Shown here in pieces: positions 7,952-16,349 of a DNA stretch of 64,000 bases. Every line of letters starts with the position of its first letter. Positions within the stretch are counted from its first letter, which is position 1. The notes beneath the pieces were generated by a model. It was not told the DNA's origin. It saw nothing but the letters and a program-made list of their open reading frames with translations, and ran no database searches. A program made the translations under genes and the position numbers. The DNA is from Thermoplasmata archaeon (GTDB lineage Archaea; Thermoplasmatota; Thermoplasmata; Lutacidiplasmatales; UBA184). The stretch covers positions 4,690 through 68,689 of the forward strand of contig JBKQNC010000007.1 of NCBI GenBank assembly GCA_052326445.1, given 5' to 3'.

Positions 7952-9436
7952 ATGGCCCTCCCACGTGCGACCGCTCGCCCGAGGCCCGGGCAGGCATCGA
8001 CGGTGTCACCTGCTCCCGAGAACCGGTCGACTGACATTCCCGACCGGCAAGACCCAGTGCCCTTCCCCACCGGGGCGGTCGTCCCCGTCAACGACCGCCC
8101 GGCGGGCGGAGGTCCGGCGACGGCTCCCGTGTTGGGGAGCCCCGCCCCTCCGCCCGCCCCCGCCTCTTCCGCCGGCGCGTTCTTGGACTCTATCCTCGAG
8201 ATCAAGAGCGAGCTTTACCGCGGCAGCCGGGAGATCCTGCGCGACTCCTACATCCCGAGCCGCCTCCCGCACCGGGAGCAACAGATCCGTCAGGTCGCGG
8301 AGATTCTGGCACCGGCCCTGCGCGGCGACACGCCCTCGAACCTCCTGATCTACGGGAAGATCGGCACCGGAAAGACCGCGGTCGTCGCCCAGGTCCGCCA
8401 GGACGTGCTACGCCGGGTGGAGCTCTCCGCCCACATCTCCTTCATCTACGTCAACTGCGGGAACGTCGACACGCCCTACGGACTCCTGCAGACCGTCGGC
8501 AACACGTTCGCGAAGACGGAGGCGGAACGGATCCCGACGGGTTGGTCGCTCGACCGGGTGCAGGCCTCGATGCGCCGGTTGCTCGACACGAAGGGCGGCA
8601 CGGTCATCCTCGTCCTGGACGAGATCGACCGACTCGTGGCTCGGTCCGGGGACAGCGTGCTCTACACCCTGAGCCAGCTCAACACCGAGCTCGAGCTTGC
8701 CCGGCTCGTCCTGCTCGGGATCTCGAACGACCTCAAGTTCACGAACCACCTCGACGCTCGCGTCCGGAGCCGCCTCAACGAGGAAAAGATCCTCTTCCCT
8801 CCCTACGACGCCCTCCAGCTCCAGGACATCCTGAGGGACCGGGCCAAGGAGGCGTTCCGCGACGGGGTCATCGACCCGGGCGTCGTGGAGCGGTGCGCCG
8901 CGTACGCCGCGCTCGAGAACGGGGATGCCCGTCGAGCGCTCGCCCTCCTCCGACTATCGGCCGAGATGGCAGAACGGGACCGAGCGAAGCGGATCACGCC
9001 GGACCACGTCGTCAAGGCGAAGAACCGGCTGGAACAGGACATCATCCTGGACTGTTGCCGAACCCTGCCCCCCCACTGCAAGGTCCTCCTCTACGCTATC
9101 CTCCAAGCGTGCGAACGAAGACGCAACGGGGTCCTGACCGGCGAGGTCTACGACGCGTACCGCCGCCTCGCGGAGCGACTCGGTCTCCAGCCGCTGCACG
9201 CCCGTTCCATCTCGAACTACGTGTCGGAGCTCGAATCCCTAGGTCTCATCCGCGCCACGATCGTCTCCCGCGGCCGGGGCGGCCGGACCCGGGAGATCCT
9301 CGTCGATGTTCCGATCTCGGACACGATGCCGGCGCTCGAGGAGGACCCGCTCATCGCGCCGGTCGGTCGGCCCCGCTCCCGGGGCCAGCTGCTCTTGACG
9401 AACTTTGACAACCCCGGCCGGACCGGCCCGTTCTGA
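7952..9436 (+). CDS. cdc6: Orc1/Cdc6 replication initiator with Pro/Ala-rich N-terminal extension
   Basis: Motifs: Walker A LLIYGKIGTGKTAV, Walker B VILVLDEID, and a winged-helix C-terminus. ATG 7952 follows the only AT-rich stretch (GAAAAAATCTTACCAAAGATACTT). The track start at 7733 is probably spurious. Confidence 0.85.
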   Translation: MALPRATARPRPGQASTVSPAPENRSTDIPDRQDPVPFPTGAVVPVNDRPAGGGPATAPVLGSPAPPPAPASSAGAFLDSILEIKSELYRGSREILRDSYIPSRLPHREQQIRQVAEILAPALRGDTPSNLLIYGKIGTGKTAVVAQVRQDVLRRVELSAHISFIYVNCGNVDTPYGLLQTVGNTFAKTEAERIPTGWSLDRVQASMRRLLDTKGGTVILVLDEIDRLVARSGDSVLYTLSQLNTELELARLVLLGISNDLKFTNHLDARVRSRLNEEKILFPPYDALQLQDILRDRAKEAFRDGVIDPGVVERCAAYAALENGDARRALALLRLSAEMAERDRAKRITPDHVVKAKNRLEQDIILDCCRTLPPHCKVLLYAILQACERRRNGVLTGEVYDAYRRLAERLGLQPLHARSISNYVSELESLGLIRATIVSRGRGGRTREILVDVPISDTMPALEEDPLIAPVGRPRSRGQLLLTNFDNPGRTGPF

Positions 9437-9479
9437 ACCGGCGCCCCCGGGCGCCGCGTCGCGGGAGCCGAGGCCGGGT

Positions 9480-9686
9480 TCAGCTGAGCACGGGGACCGA
9501 CCCTTCGGATGAGGTCGAAGAGTCCACCATCCCCCGGCGTCGGGCCCGTTCCCGCTTGAGCTCCCGGAGGTCCCGCTCGAGGTCGCGCAGTTCCGCCGCC
9601 GCGCGCCGCATTCGGATCCGGGCGATCCCCTCGATCGCCGCGATCTCCCGGTCGAGCTGGTCGTCCGAGCCGCGGAATCCCGTCAT
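9480..9686 (-). CDS. Small coiled-coil protein, 68 aa
   Basis: Its ATG overlaps the aldehyde dehydrogenase stop as ATGA (9683-9686). It has a heptad-like charged sequence: REIAAIEGIARIRMRRAAAELRDLERDLRELKRERARRRG. Confidence 0.5.
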   Translation of the reverse strand: MTGFRGSDDQLDREIAAIEGIARIRMRRAAAELRDLERDLRELKRERARRRGMVDSSTSSEGSVPVLS

Positions 9687-11179
9687 GCCGCGGTTTCGGC
9701 GTCGATCTGCGCCTTCTGGAGCTTGTCCGAGAAGTCGATGAAGACGGTCTTGACCTCGGTGAACTCCTCGATGGCGGCGGAACCGGCCTCGCGGCCGCCG
9801 TTCCCGGTGTTCTTGACGCCCCCGAAGGGGAGCTGGACCTCCGCCCCGATCGTGGGGGCGTTGACGTAGGTGATGCCGGCCTCGAGGTCCTCGATCGCCC
9901 GGAACGCCCGGTTGACGTCGCGGGTGTAGATGGAGGACGAAAGCCCGTACTCGACATCGTTCGCGACTCGGACGGCCTCCTCGTAGTTCGCCACCTTGAT
10001 GACCGACAGGACGGGGCCGAAAATCTCCTCCTTCGAGATCCGCGAGCCGTGCCGGGTCTCGAAGATCGTGGGAGCCAGGAAGTAGCCGCGGTCGTAGACC
10101 CCGCCTTTCAGCTTCTCCCCCCCGCAGACGAGCTTGGCTTCCTTCTTCCCGATGGCAATGTACTCGAGGATCTTCTTCTCCTGATCTTCGGAGGCCACCG
10201 GTCCCATGCCGGTCTTTGGGTCGAGGGGGTCGCCGACGGTGAACTTCTTGAGACGGTCGGTGAGCATCCCGAGGAACTGCGAGTAGACCTTCTCGTGGAC
10301 GATGAGCCGGCTCGTGGCCGTGCAGCGCTGGCCGCTTGTACCGAACGCGCCGAACAGCACGCCGTCGAGGGCGAGCGGTAGGTTGGCGTCGTCCATCACG
10401 ATCACCGGGTTCTTGCCGCCGAGCTCGAGGTGGACCATCTTGAGGCCCTTCGCGCCGCGCACGTAGACGTCCCGGCCGGTCTCGACCCCTCCGGTGAACG
10501 AGACGGTGCGGACCCGCCGGTCCTCGATGAGGGCGGTGCCGACCACGCCGCCGGAACCGGTGACGAAGTTGAGGACGCCCGCAGGGAGGCCGGCGGACTC
10601 GTAGACCTTGACGACCTGGGCCGCGCACAGCGCCGTGTTGGACGCCGGTTTGAAGACGATGGTGTTGCCCGTGATGAGGGCGGCCGCGATCTTCCAGTTC
10701 GGGATGGCGGTGGGAAAGTTCCACGGCGTGATGCAGGCGACCACGCCCTTCGGCTGGCGCACCGTGAGGCAGAATTTCGAGCGCAGCTCCGACGGGACGG
10801 TCTCGCCGAACAATCGGCGTCCCTCCCCCGCCATGTACTCGATGAAATCGATGGACTCCTGGACGTCGCCCAGGCCCTCGCTGATGACCTTGCCCATCTC
10901 CTGCGTGACGATCCGTCCGACCGCGCTCTTACGCTCCTTCAGGATGCGGGCGGCCTCGAGGAGGATGGCGCCGCGTTTTGGCGCCGGGGTCCCCTTCCAC
11001 GCCGGGAACGCCGCCTGCGCGGCGGAGATGGCCCGCTCGACGTCGGCCGGCGTGCCACTGACGAACGAGGCGAGCGGCTCCCGGGTCGCCGGGTTCACCG
11101 TTTCGAAGCGCTGGGCGTTCGCGGGCGAGGACCACTTTCCATTGATGAACAGACCGTACTGCTCGACCTTTGAGGCCAT
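9683..11179 (-). CDS. NAD(P)-dependent aldehyde dehydrogenase family protein
   Basis: 498 aa. It has the catalytic motifs ELGGKNP and GQRCTATSRLIV, and an N-terminus typical of the ALDH superfamily (LFINGKW...TVNPAT). Confidence 0.9.
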   Translation of the reverse strand: MASKVEQYGLFINGKWSSPANAQRFETVNPATREPLASFVSGTPADVERAISAAQAAFPAWKGTPAPKRGAILLEAARILKERKSAVGRIVTQEMGKVISEGLGDVQESIDFIEYMAGEGRRLFGETVPSELRSKFCLTVRQPKGVVACITPWNFPTAIPNWKIAAALITGNTIVFKPASNTALCAAQVVKVYESAGLPAGVLNFVTGSGGVVGTALIEDRRVRTVSFTGGVETGRDVYVRGAKGLKMVHLELGGKNPVIVMDDANLPLALDGVLFGAFGTSGQRCTATSRLIVHEKVYSQFLGMLTDRLKKFTVGDPLDPKTGMGPVASEDQEKKILEYIAIGKKEAKLVCGGEKLKGGVYDRGYFLAPTIFETRHGSRISKEEIFGPVLSVIKVANYEEAVRVANDVEYGLSSSIYTRDVNRAFRAIEDLEAGITYVNAPTIGAEVQLPFGGVKNTGNGGREAGSAAIEEFTEVKTVFIDFSDKLQKAQIDAETAA

Positions 11180-11314
11180 GACGTTCCCCTCTCCGTCGGG
11201 CCAATCCCCCGCGAGGGTACATAGGAGTTTGCCGGTGAGGTCCCCGGCGGCGGGTCAGGGGCTCCGGGGGTCGCGGGGGCAAAGACTTTGGGAGGCGGGC
11301 CCTCCGGGGCTACC

Positions 11315-12610
11315 GTGATCGACCTCGACCTCCTCCGCAAGGAACCCGCCCAGGTCGAGGAGAACCTCGCCCGGCGACGGAACCCCGCCCACCTGACCGT
11401 CTTCCACGAGGTTCGGAAGACCGACACGGAGTGGCGCGAGTGCCTCAAGACGGCGGATGAGCTCCGCCGCCGGCGCAACGACCTGAGCCGCCGGATCGGC
11501 GAGATGCGGGCGAAGGGCACTCCGGCCCCCGAGCTCGAGACGGAAGCGAAGACGATCCCCGACACCCTCCGGGAAACGGAGGCCAAGGAGGGGGAGCTCC
11601 TGCGGCTCCGCGACGCCCTCCTCCGGCGACTGCCGAACTTGATCGATGCGTCCGTGCCCTACGGGAAGGACGATTCCGAGAACGTCGTCCTCGGCACCTG
11701 GGGCTCCCCGAAGCAGGGAGCGGGCGACCTGAAGGGTCACGGACAGATCCTCGAGGAGCTCGGCATGGTCGAGTTCGACCGAGCCCGCCGGGTGAGCGGA
11801 GCCGGCTTCTACTACCTCCGCGGCGCCATCGTCCTCCTCGACCTCGCGCTGCAGCGGTTCGCCCTCGACCTCCTGGTCGACCGTGGGTTCACCCCGGTGG
11901 CTCCCCCCTACATGCTCCGACGCGACCCGTACGAGGGCGTGACCGACCTCGCCGACTTCGAGAACGTGATGTACAAGGTCGAGGGCGAGGACCTCTACCT
12001 CATCGCCACGAGCGAGCACCCGCTCGCTGCACTCTACCAGGGGGAGATCTTGGACGAGGACCGCCTTCCGGTCCGCCTCGCCGGCATCAGTATGAATTTC
12101 CGCAAGGAGATCGGCGGGCACGGGGTCGACCAGAAGGGGATCTTCCGGGTCCACCAGTTCTCGAAGGTGGAACAGTTCGTCTTCTGCCAACCTGAGGAGT
12201 CCCCCGCGATGATGGAGGAGCTTCGGGGCAACGCCGAGGAAGTGTTCCGCCGCCTCGAGATCCCGTACCGGGTCGTGAACGTCTGCACGGGCGACCTCGG
12301 CACCGTCGCGGCGAAGAAGTACGATGTCGAGGCGTGGTTCCCCCGCCAGCAAGCGTACCGCGAGGTCGTGAGCTGCTCGAACTGCACCGATTACCAGGCG
12401 CGGCGCCTCGGCATTCGGCTCGGGAAGGCCGGGCGACCCGGCAAGCGAGTCCCGCACACCCTCAACTCGACGGCCGTCGCGACCTCCCGAGCGCTCGCCG
12501 TAATCCTAGAGCAGTACCAGCGGCCCGACGGTTCCGTGACCGTTCCCGAGGTCCTGCGGCCGTACCTAGGAGGTCGGTCGAGCCTGACGACCGACCCTGG
12601 TCGGATCTGA
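11315..12610 (+). CDS. serS: Seryl-tRNA synthetase
   Basis: GTG 11315 gives (M)IDLDLLRKEP, the canonical SerRS N-terminus. It has an N-terminal coiled coil and class II motifs (FRKEIGGHG, GDLG, NSTAVATSR). The track start is TTG 11288. Confidence 0.9.
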   Translation: MIDLDLLRKEPAQVEENLARRRNPAHLTVFHEVRKTDTEWRECLKTADELRRRRNDLSRRIGEMRAKGTPAPELETEAKTIPDTLRETEAKEGELLRLRDALLRRLPNLIDASVPYGKDDSENVVLGTWGSPKQGAGDLKGHGQILEELGMVEFDRARRVSGAGFYYLRGAIVLLDLALQRFALDLLVDRGFTPVAPPYMLRRDPYEGVTDLADFENVMYKVEGEDLYLIATSEHPLAALYQGEILDEDRLPVRLAGISMNFRKEIGGHGVDQKGIFRVHQFSKVEQFVFCQPEESPAMMEELRGNAEEVFRRLEIPYRVVNVCTGDLGTVAAKKYDVEAWFPRQQAYREVVSCSNCTDYQARRLGIRLGKAGRPGKRVPHTLNSTAVATSRALAVILEQYQRPDGSVTVPEVLRPYLGGRSSLTTDPGRI

Positions 12611-12815
12611 CGACCGCGCGTCGCGAACCCGGGGCGGACGCGTCCTGAAGGGAAGCCCCTAAGCGCTGGGTCCCTCTGGGGCTCGAAGAACCGTGAGCCA
12701 GCAACGACGCCTCGATGATTTCCGACTCCCCGGTGAAGCGCCCACGCCCGAGGCGCTACCGCGGGTTCGCGCCCACCCGGACCCGTACCCGGGGGTCTGG
12801 CGCGTGGCGGAGGGA

Positions 12816-14426
12816 ATGGTCGAGCATCCACTCCTGCGGCCGGGCGTGATCCGGGCTTTGCCGTTCCAGATCGAGCTCGCCCGGATCGGAATCGAGGAGG
12901 ACCTGCTCGTGGTCCTTCCCACGGGACTCGGGAAGACCGTCATCGCGGGCCTGGTCGCCGCGGAGATCCTCCGGCGTCAGGACGGGAAGGTCCTCGTGCT
13001 CGCGCCGACACGACCGCTGGTCCAGCAGCACGCCGACTCCTTTCGGCAGTGGTTCGTTCCCCTCCGAATGGCCCGATTCACGGGTACGGTGCATCGCCCG
13101 GTCCGGGAAGGGAGCTGGGCCGACGCCGACCTCGTCTTCGCCACCCCCGAGATCGTGCAGAACGACCTCGCCGCCCGCCGATACGACCTCGGGGCCGTTG
13201 CTCTCATCGTCTTTGACGAGGCCCACCACGCCGTCGGCAAGTACGTCTACGTCCCCATCGCCGAACGGTTCCGGACCGAGCGACCGAAGGGGGGACGCGT
13301 GCTCGGGCTCACGGCGTCGCCCGGCGGCCGGGACGAGCACATCGAGGAGGTGGTCGGGGCGCTCGGGGTCACGCGCATCGAGGCGCGGAGCCGGGAGGAC
13401 CCCGGAGTCGCCGAGTACGTTCATGCGATCGACGTCGATTACGTCTGGGTCGACCTTCCCCCGGAGGCGGCCCGCATCCAGAGCGCGTTGGAAGAGGCCG
13501 CCCACGCGGTGGCCCGGAAGCTCCAGAAGATGGGGTACCTCCGGAAGAAGCCGATCGGCTCGATCACGGTCCGGGACCTTGTCGCTCTCCGCGCGGAGAT
13601 CTTCGCCCGGCCGGGGCCCATGGTCCGCCGGTTCGGACCCCTGTTCCACCAGCTCGTGCTCTTGCACCTCCACCACGCCCAGGAGCGGCTTGAGACCCAG
13701 GGGTTCACCCCGTTCCTCCAGTATTTGGACCGGGTCGGGGCGAAGCCGAAGCCTTCCCGGGGCGACCTGGCGTTCTTGAAGCTCCCCGAGGTCGTGAAGT
13801 CCCGATCGGAGGCGGAGGAGTTCCTGAAGGGGGGGCACGAACCCTCCCACCCCAAGCTGGATGCCCTGGTCGAGCTCGTCCAGGAGGTCCTTTCGGGGAA
13901 ACGGGAGCGCCCGGCCCGGATCCTCGTCTTCGCCCAGTATCGCGACACCATCCAGTCGATCCGGGAACGGCTCGAGCACGAGGGGTGGGCGGTCGGCCGG
14001 TTCGTCGGCCAGGCGACCCGCGACCCCGAGGACAAGGGCATGAACCAGAAGGAGCAGGCTCACATCCTGTCCGGGTTCCGAGCGGGACGGTTCCCCGTAC
14101 TCGTGGCCAGCAGTGTCGCCGAGGAGGGCCTCGACGTGCCGAACGTGGACCTGGTCGTGTTCTTCGAATCGGTGCCCAGCGAGATCCGCGCCATCCAACG
14201 GCGCGGCCGTACGGGACGGAGCTCCGTCGGACGCGTCGCCGTCCTTCTCACGCGGGAGACCCGGGATGTCCAGTACCAGGCGGCCGAAGTGCGACGCGAA
14301 CAGGCGATGCGTCGGATCGTCCGTCGCCTCTCCGCGGAATCCCGCCAACGCGGGAGTCCGGCGGAAGAGAAGACCGCCCGCCGCACGGCGAGGAAGAAGT
14401 CGTCGGCGATAGAGACCCCTTCATAA
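12816..14426 (+). CDS. Hef/FANCM-type DEAH helicase (helicase-only, no nuclease domain)
   Basis: Motifs: LPTGLGKT, FDEAHHAVG, and the helicase C motif QRRGRTGR. MVEHPLLRPGVIRALPFQIE matches Hef N-termini. An upstream GTG 12693 is an alternative start. Confidence 0.8.
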   Translation: MVEHPLLRPGVIRALPFQIELARIGIEEDLLVVLPTGLGKTVIAGLVAAEILRRQDGKVLVLAPTRPLVQQHADSFRQWFVPLRMARFTGTVHRPVREGSWADADLVFATPEIVQNDLAARRYDLGAVALIVFDEAHHAVGKYVYVPIAERFRTERPKGGRVLGLTASPGGRDEHIEEVVGALGVTRIEARSREDPGVAEYVHAIDVDYVWVDLPPEAARIQSALEEAAHAVARKLQKMGYLRKKPIGSITVRDLVALRAEIFARPGPMVRRFGPLFHQLVLLHLHHAQERLETQGFTPFLQYLDRVGAKPKPSRGDLAFLKLPEVVKSRSEAEEFLKGGHEPSHPKLDALVELVQEVLSGKRERPARILVFAQYRDTIQSIRERLEHEGWAVGRFVGQATRDPEDKGMNQKEQAHILSGFRAGRFPVLVASSVAEEGLDVPNVDLVVFFESVPSEIRAIQRRGRTGRSSVGRVAVLLTRETRDVQYQAAEVRREQAMRRIVRRLSAESRQRGSPAEEKTARRTARKKSSAIETPS

Positions 14427-14512
14427 ATCTTCGGAATCCGCGTGGTAGCGTGCAACTCGCCGAACGAGGCTAAATACGGACATCCGGGTCGAACGTTTCA
14501 GGCGTCGAAGCT

Positions 14513-14620
14513 GTGTCGAGCTGGATCGCACAGAACCTCGGTTTGACCACTCTCACCCTCGTCTGCCTCGCCCTGACGTGCTATCTGATCTACTCGATGA
14601 TCCACCCCGAGAAGTTCTAG
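14513..14620 (+). CDS. kdpF: KdpF-like small hydrophobic subunit (35 aa, not in ORF track)
   Basis: My translation is VSSWIAQNLGLTTLTLVCLALTCYLIYSMIHPEKF. It is a single TM helix, ends like E. coli KdpF (...ALINAEAF), and lies 13 nt upstream of kdpA with GGAGG in between. Confidence 0.65.
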   Translation: MSSWIAQNLGLTTLTLVCLALTCYLIYSMIHPEKF

Positions 14621-14633
14621 GGAGGCCACCGCG

Positions 14634-16337
14634 GTGATCGACCTGAGCTCGCTCTGGGACGTGGTCGTCCTGCTCGCCCTCGCCGTCGCCGTGGCCCCGT
14701 TCTTCGGGGAGTACCTCGGGCAGGTCTACACGAATCGCCCGATGATCGGCGACGTGATCCTCGGCCCCATCGAGCGGGGGATCTACCGGCTCTTGGGAAC
14801 TTCCCCGCGCAAGTCGATGCCCGCGCGGGAGTACATGGCCGCGCTTCTACTCGTCAACGGCGCCGTCCTCGCCTACCTGTTCTCGTTCTTCTTCCTCCAG
14901 TCGGGGCTTCCGCTCAACCCGACCGGCATCCCCAACATGTCGTGGGACCTCGCGTTCCACTCCGCCTCCAGCTTCACCACGAACACCGACTTCACGCATT
15001 TCACCAACGAATCCCAGATCAGCATGGGTGCCCTCGTCCTCGGCTGGCAGCTCGCTCTCTTCCTCTCGGCGGCGACCGGACTCGCCGTTTTTGCGGCGAT
15101 GGTCCGCGGATTCATCCGAAAGGACGGGACGCTCGGAAACTACTACGTGGACATGGTTCGGACGCTCACGCGGGTCCTGATCCCGATCTCCGTGATCGCC
15201 GCCCTCGTCATGGTCCTCATGGGGGTGCCGGAGACCTTCACCGCCTCGGTGATCGCGCACCCGATCACCGGGGGCACGCAGACCATCCTCCTCGGACCGG
15301 TCGCGTCTTATCAGTCGCTCTCGATCTTGGGTACGAACGGCGGTGGGTACTTCTCGGCCAACATGGCCGACCCCTTCGCGAACCCGTCCGCGGTCTCGGA
15401 CCTGTTCGCGGTATTCCTCATGCTGTTGATCCCACTCTCGACCCCGTTCGCGTTCGCGCAGATCGTCCGACGGCGCAACGAGGCGTGGCCATACCTCGGG
15501 ACGATCCTGATCGTCCTCGTCGTCGCCCTCACCCTGTTCATCGTCTACCAAGCGGCGTCGAACCCGGCCCTCTCGGGCGTCGCGGGGCTGGGAACGCAGA
15601 CCGGCAACGGGTATCCGGTCGGCCAGGAGACGCGGTTCGGTCTCGGCGATGCGTCGCTCTTCCAGGTCGTGAGCGTGTACAGCAATGTCGGCGCGAATAA
15701 CATGATGATCGGGGCGCTCAGCCCCGTCAGCCAGATGGTCCTCCTGTTCGGGATGTTCACCCAGAGCACCCCCGGCGGGGAGGGGGCGGGGTTCGGGATG
15801 CTCCTCTTGTACGCCGTCCTCGCGATCTTCGTCGGCGGACTCATGGTCGGTCGTACTCCCGAATACCTCGGGAAAAAGATCGAGACGGCCCACGTCAAGT
15901 GGTCGACCTTGGCCTTGCTGGTGCATCCGGCCACGATCTTCCTGCCGTTCGTCGTGGCGGTGCTTGGTGGGTTTGTCACGCTCGACACCTCCGCCATCGG
16001 GGCGACCTCCCACAACTTCACCTCGGTCCTGTACGAATTCACGTCCGAATCGGCGAACAACGGGAGCGCGCTCTCGACCGGCGCCTTCAATGACACGACC
16101 CCGTTCTTCAACGTGGCCGGCGCGCTCGTCATGCTCGTCGGCCGGTACGTGCCATTCTACGCGATGTTGATGGTCGGGGAGCGGTTTGCCCGACAACCGA
16201 CCCTGCCCCCGACGTCCGGCACCCTCCAGACCGCGAGCGGGACGTTCACGCTCTACCTGGCCCTATTCTTGATCGTCATCACGGCTCTGATCTTCCTGCC
16301 GGTGGTCGCCCTCGGACCGCTCGCGCAGATCTTGTGA
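14634..16337 (+). CDS. kdpA: Potassium-transporting ATPase subunit KdpA
   Basis: 567 aa, polytopic. It has selectivity-filter-like repeats (TNTDF, GTNGGG, SNVGAN, SANNGSA). Confidence 0.95.
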   Translation: MIDLSSLWDVVVLLALAVAVAPFFGEYLGQVYTNRPMIGDVILGPIERGIYRLLGTSPRKSMPAREYMAALLLVNGAVLAYLFSFFFLQSGLPLNPTGIPNMSWDLAFHSASSFTTNTDFTHFTNESQISMGALVLGWQLALFLSAATGLAVFAAMVRGFIRKDGTLGNYYVDMVRTLTRVLIPISVIAALVMVLMGVPETFTASVIAHPITGGTQTILLGPVASYQSLSILGTNGGGYFSANMADPFANPSAVSDLFAVFLMLLIPLSTPFAFAQIVRRRNEAWPYLGTILIVLVVALTLFIVYQAASNPALSGVAGLGTQTGNGYPVGQETRFGLGDASLFQVVSVYSNVGANNMMIGALSPVSQMVLLFGMFTQSTPGGEGAGFGMLLLYAVLAIFVGGLMVGRTPEYLGKKIETAHVKWSTLALLVHPATIFLPFVVAVLGGFVTLDTSAIGATSHNFTSVLYEFTSESANNGSALSTGAFNDTTPFFNVAGALVMLVGRYVPFYAMLMVGERFARQPTLPPTSGTLQTASGTFTLYLALFLIVITALIFLPVVALGPLAQIL

Positions 16338-16349
16338 GGGGGGCCACGC

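Noticed and set aside
9440-9455. GGCGCC-CCCG-GGCGCC hairpin between convergent orc1 and the 68-aa gene, and the G6C7 palindrome at 21301-21313, as terminators
   Set aside because: Archaeal termination is mainly oligo-T dependent, and no T-tract follows. Short GC palindromes are expected by chance in DNA this GC-rich.
9687-10724. 414-aa minus-strand ORF and several plus-strand ORFs overlapping the aldehyde dehydrogenase gene
   Set aside because: They are alternative frames of a gene with unambiguous ALDH motifs. Only the last 68 codons (9480..9686), which lie outside ALDH and start in an ATGA overlap, were kept.
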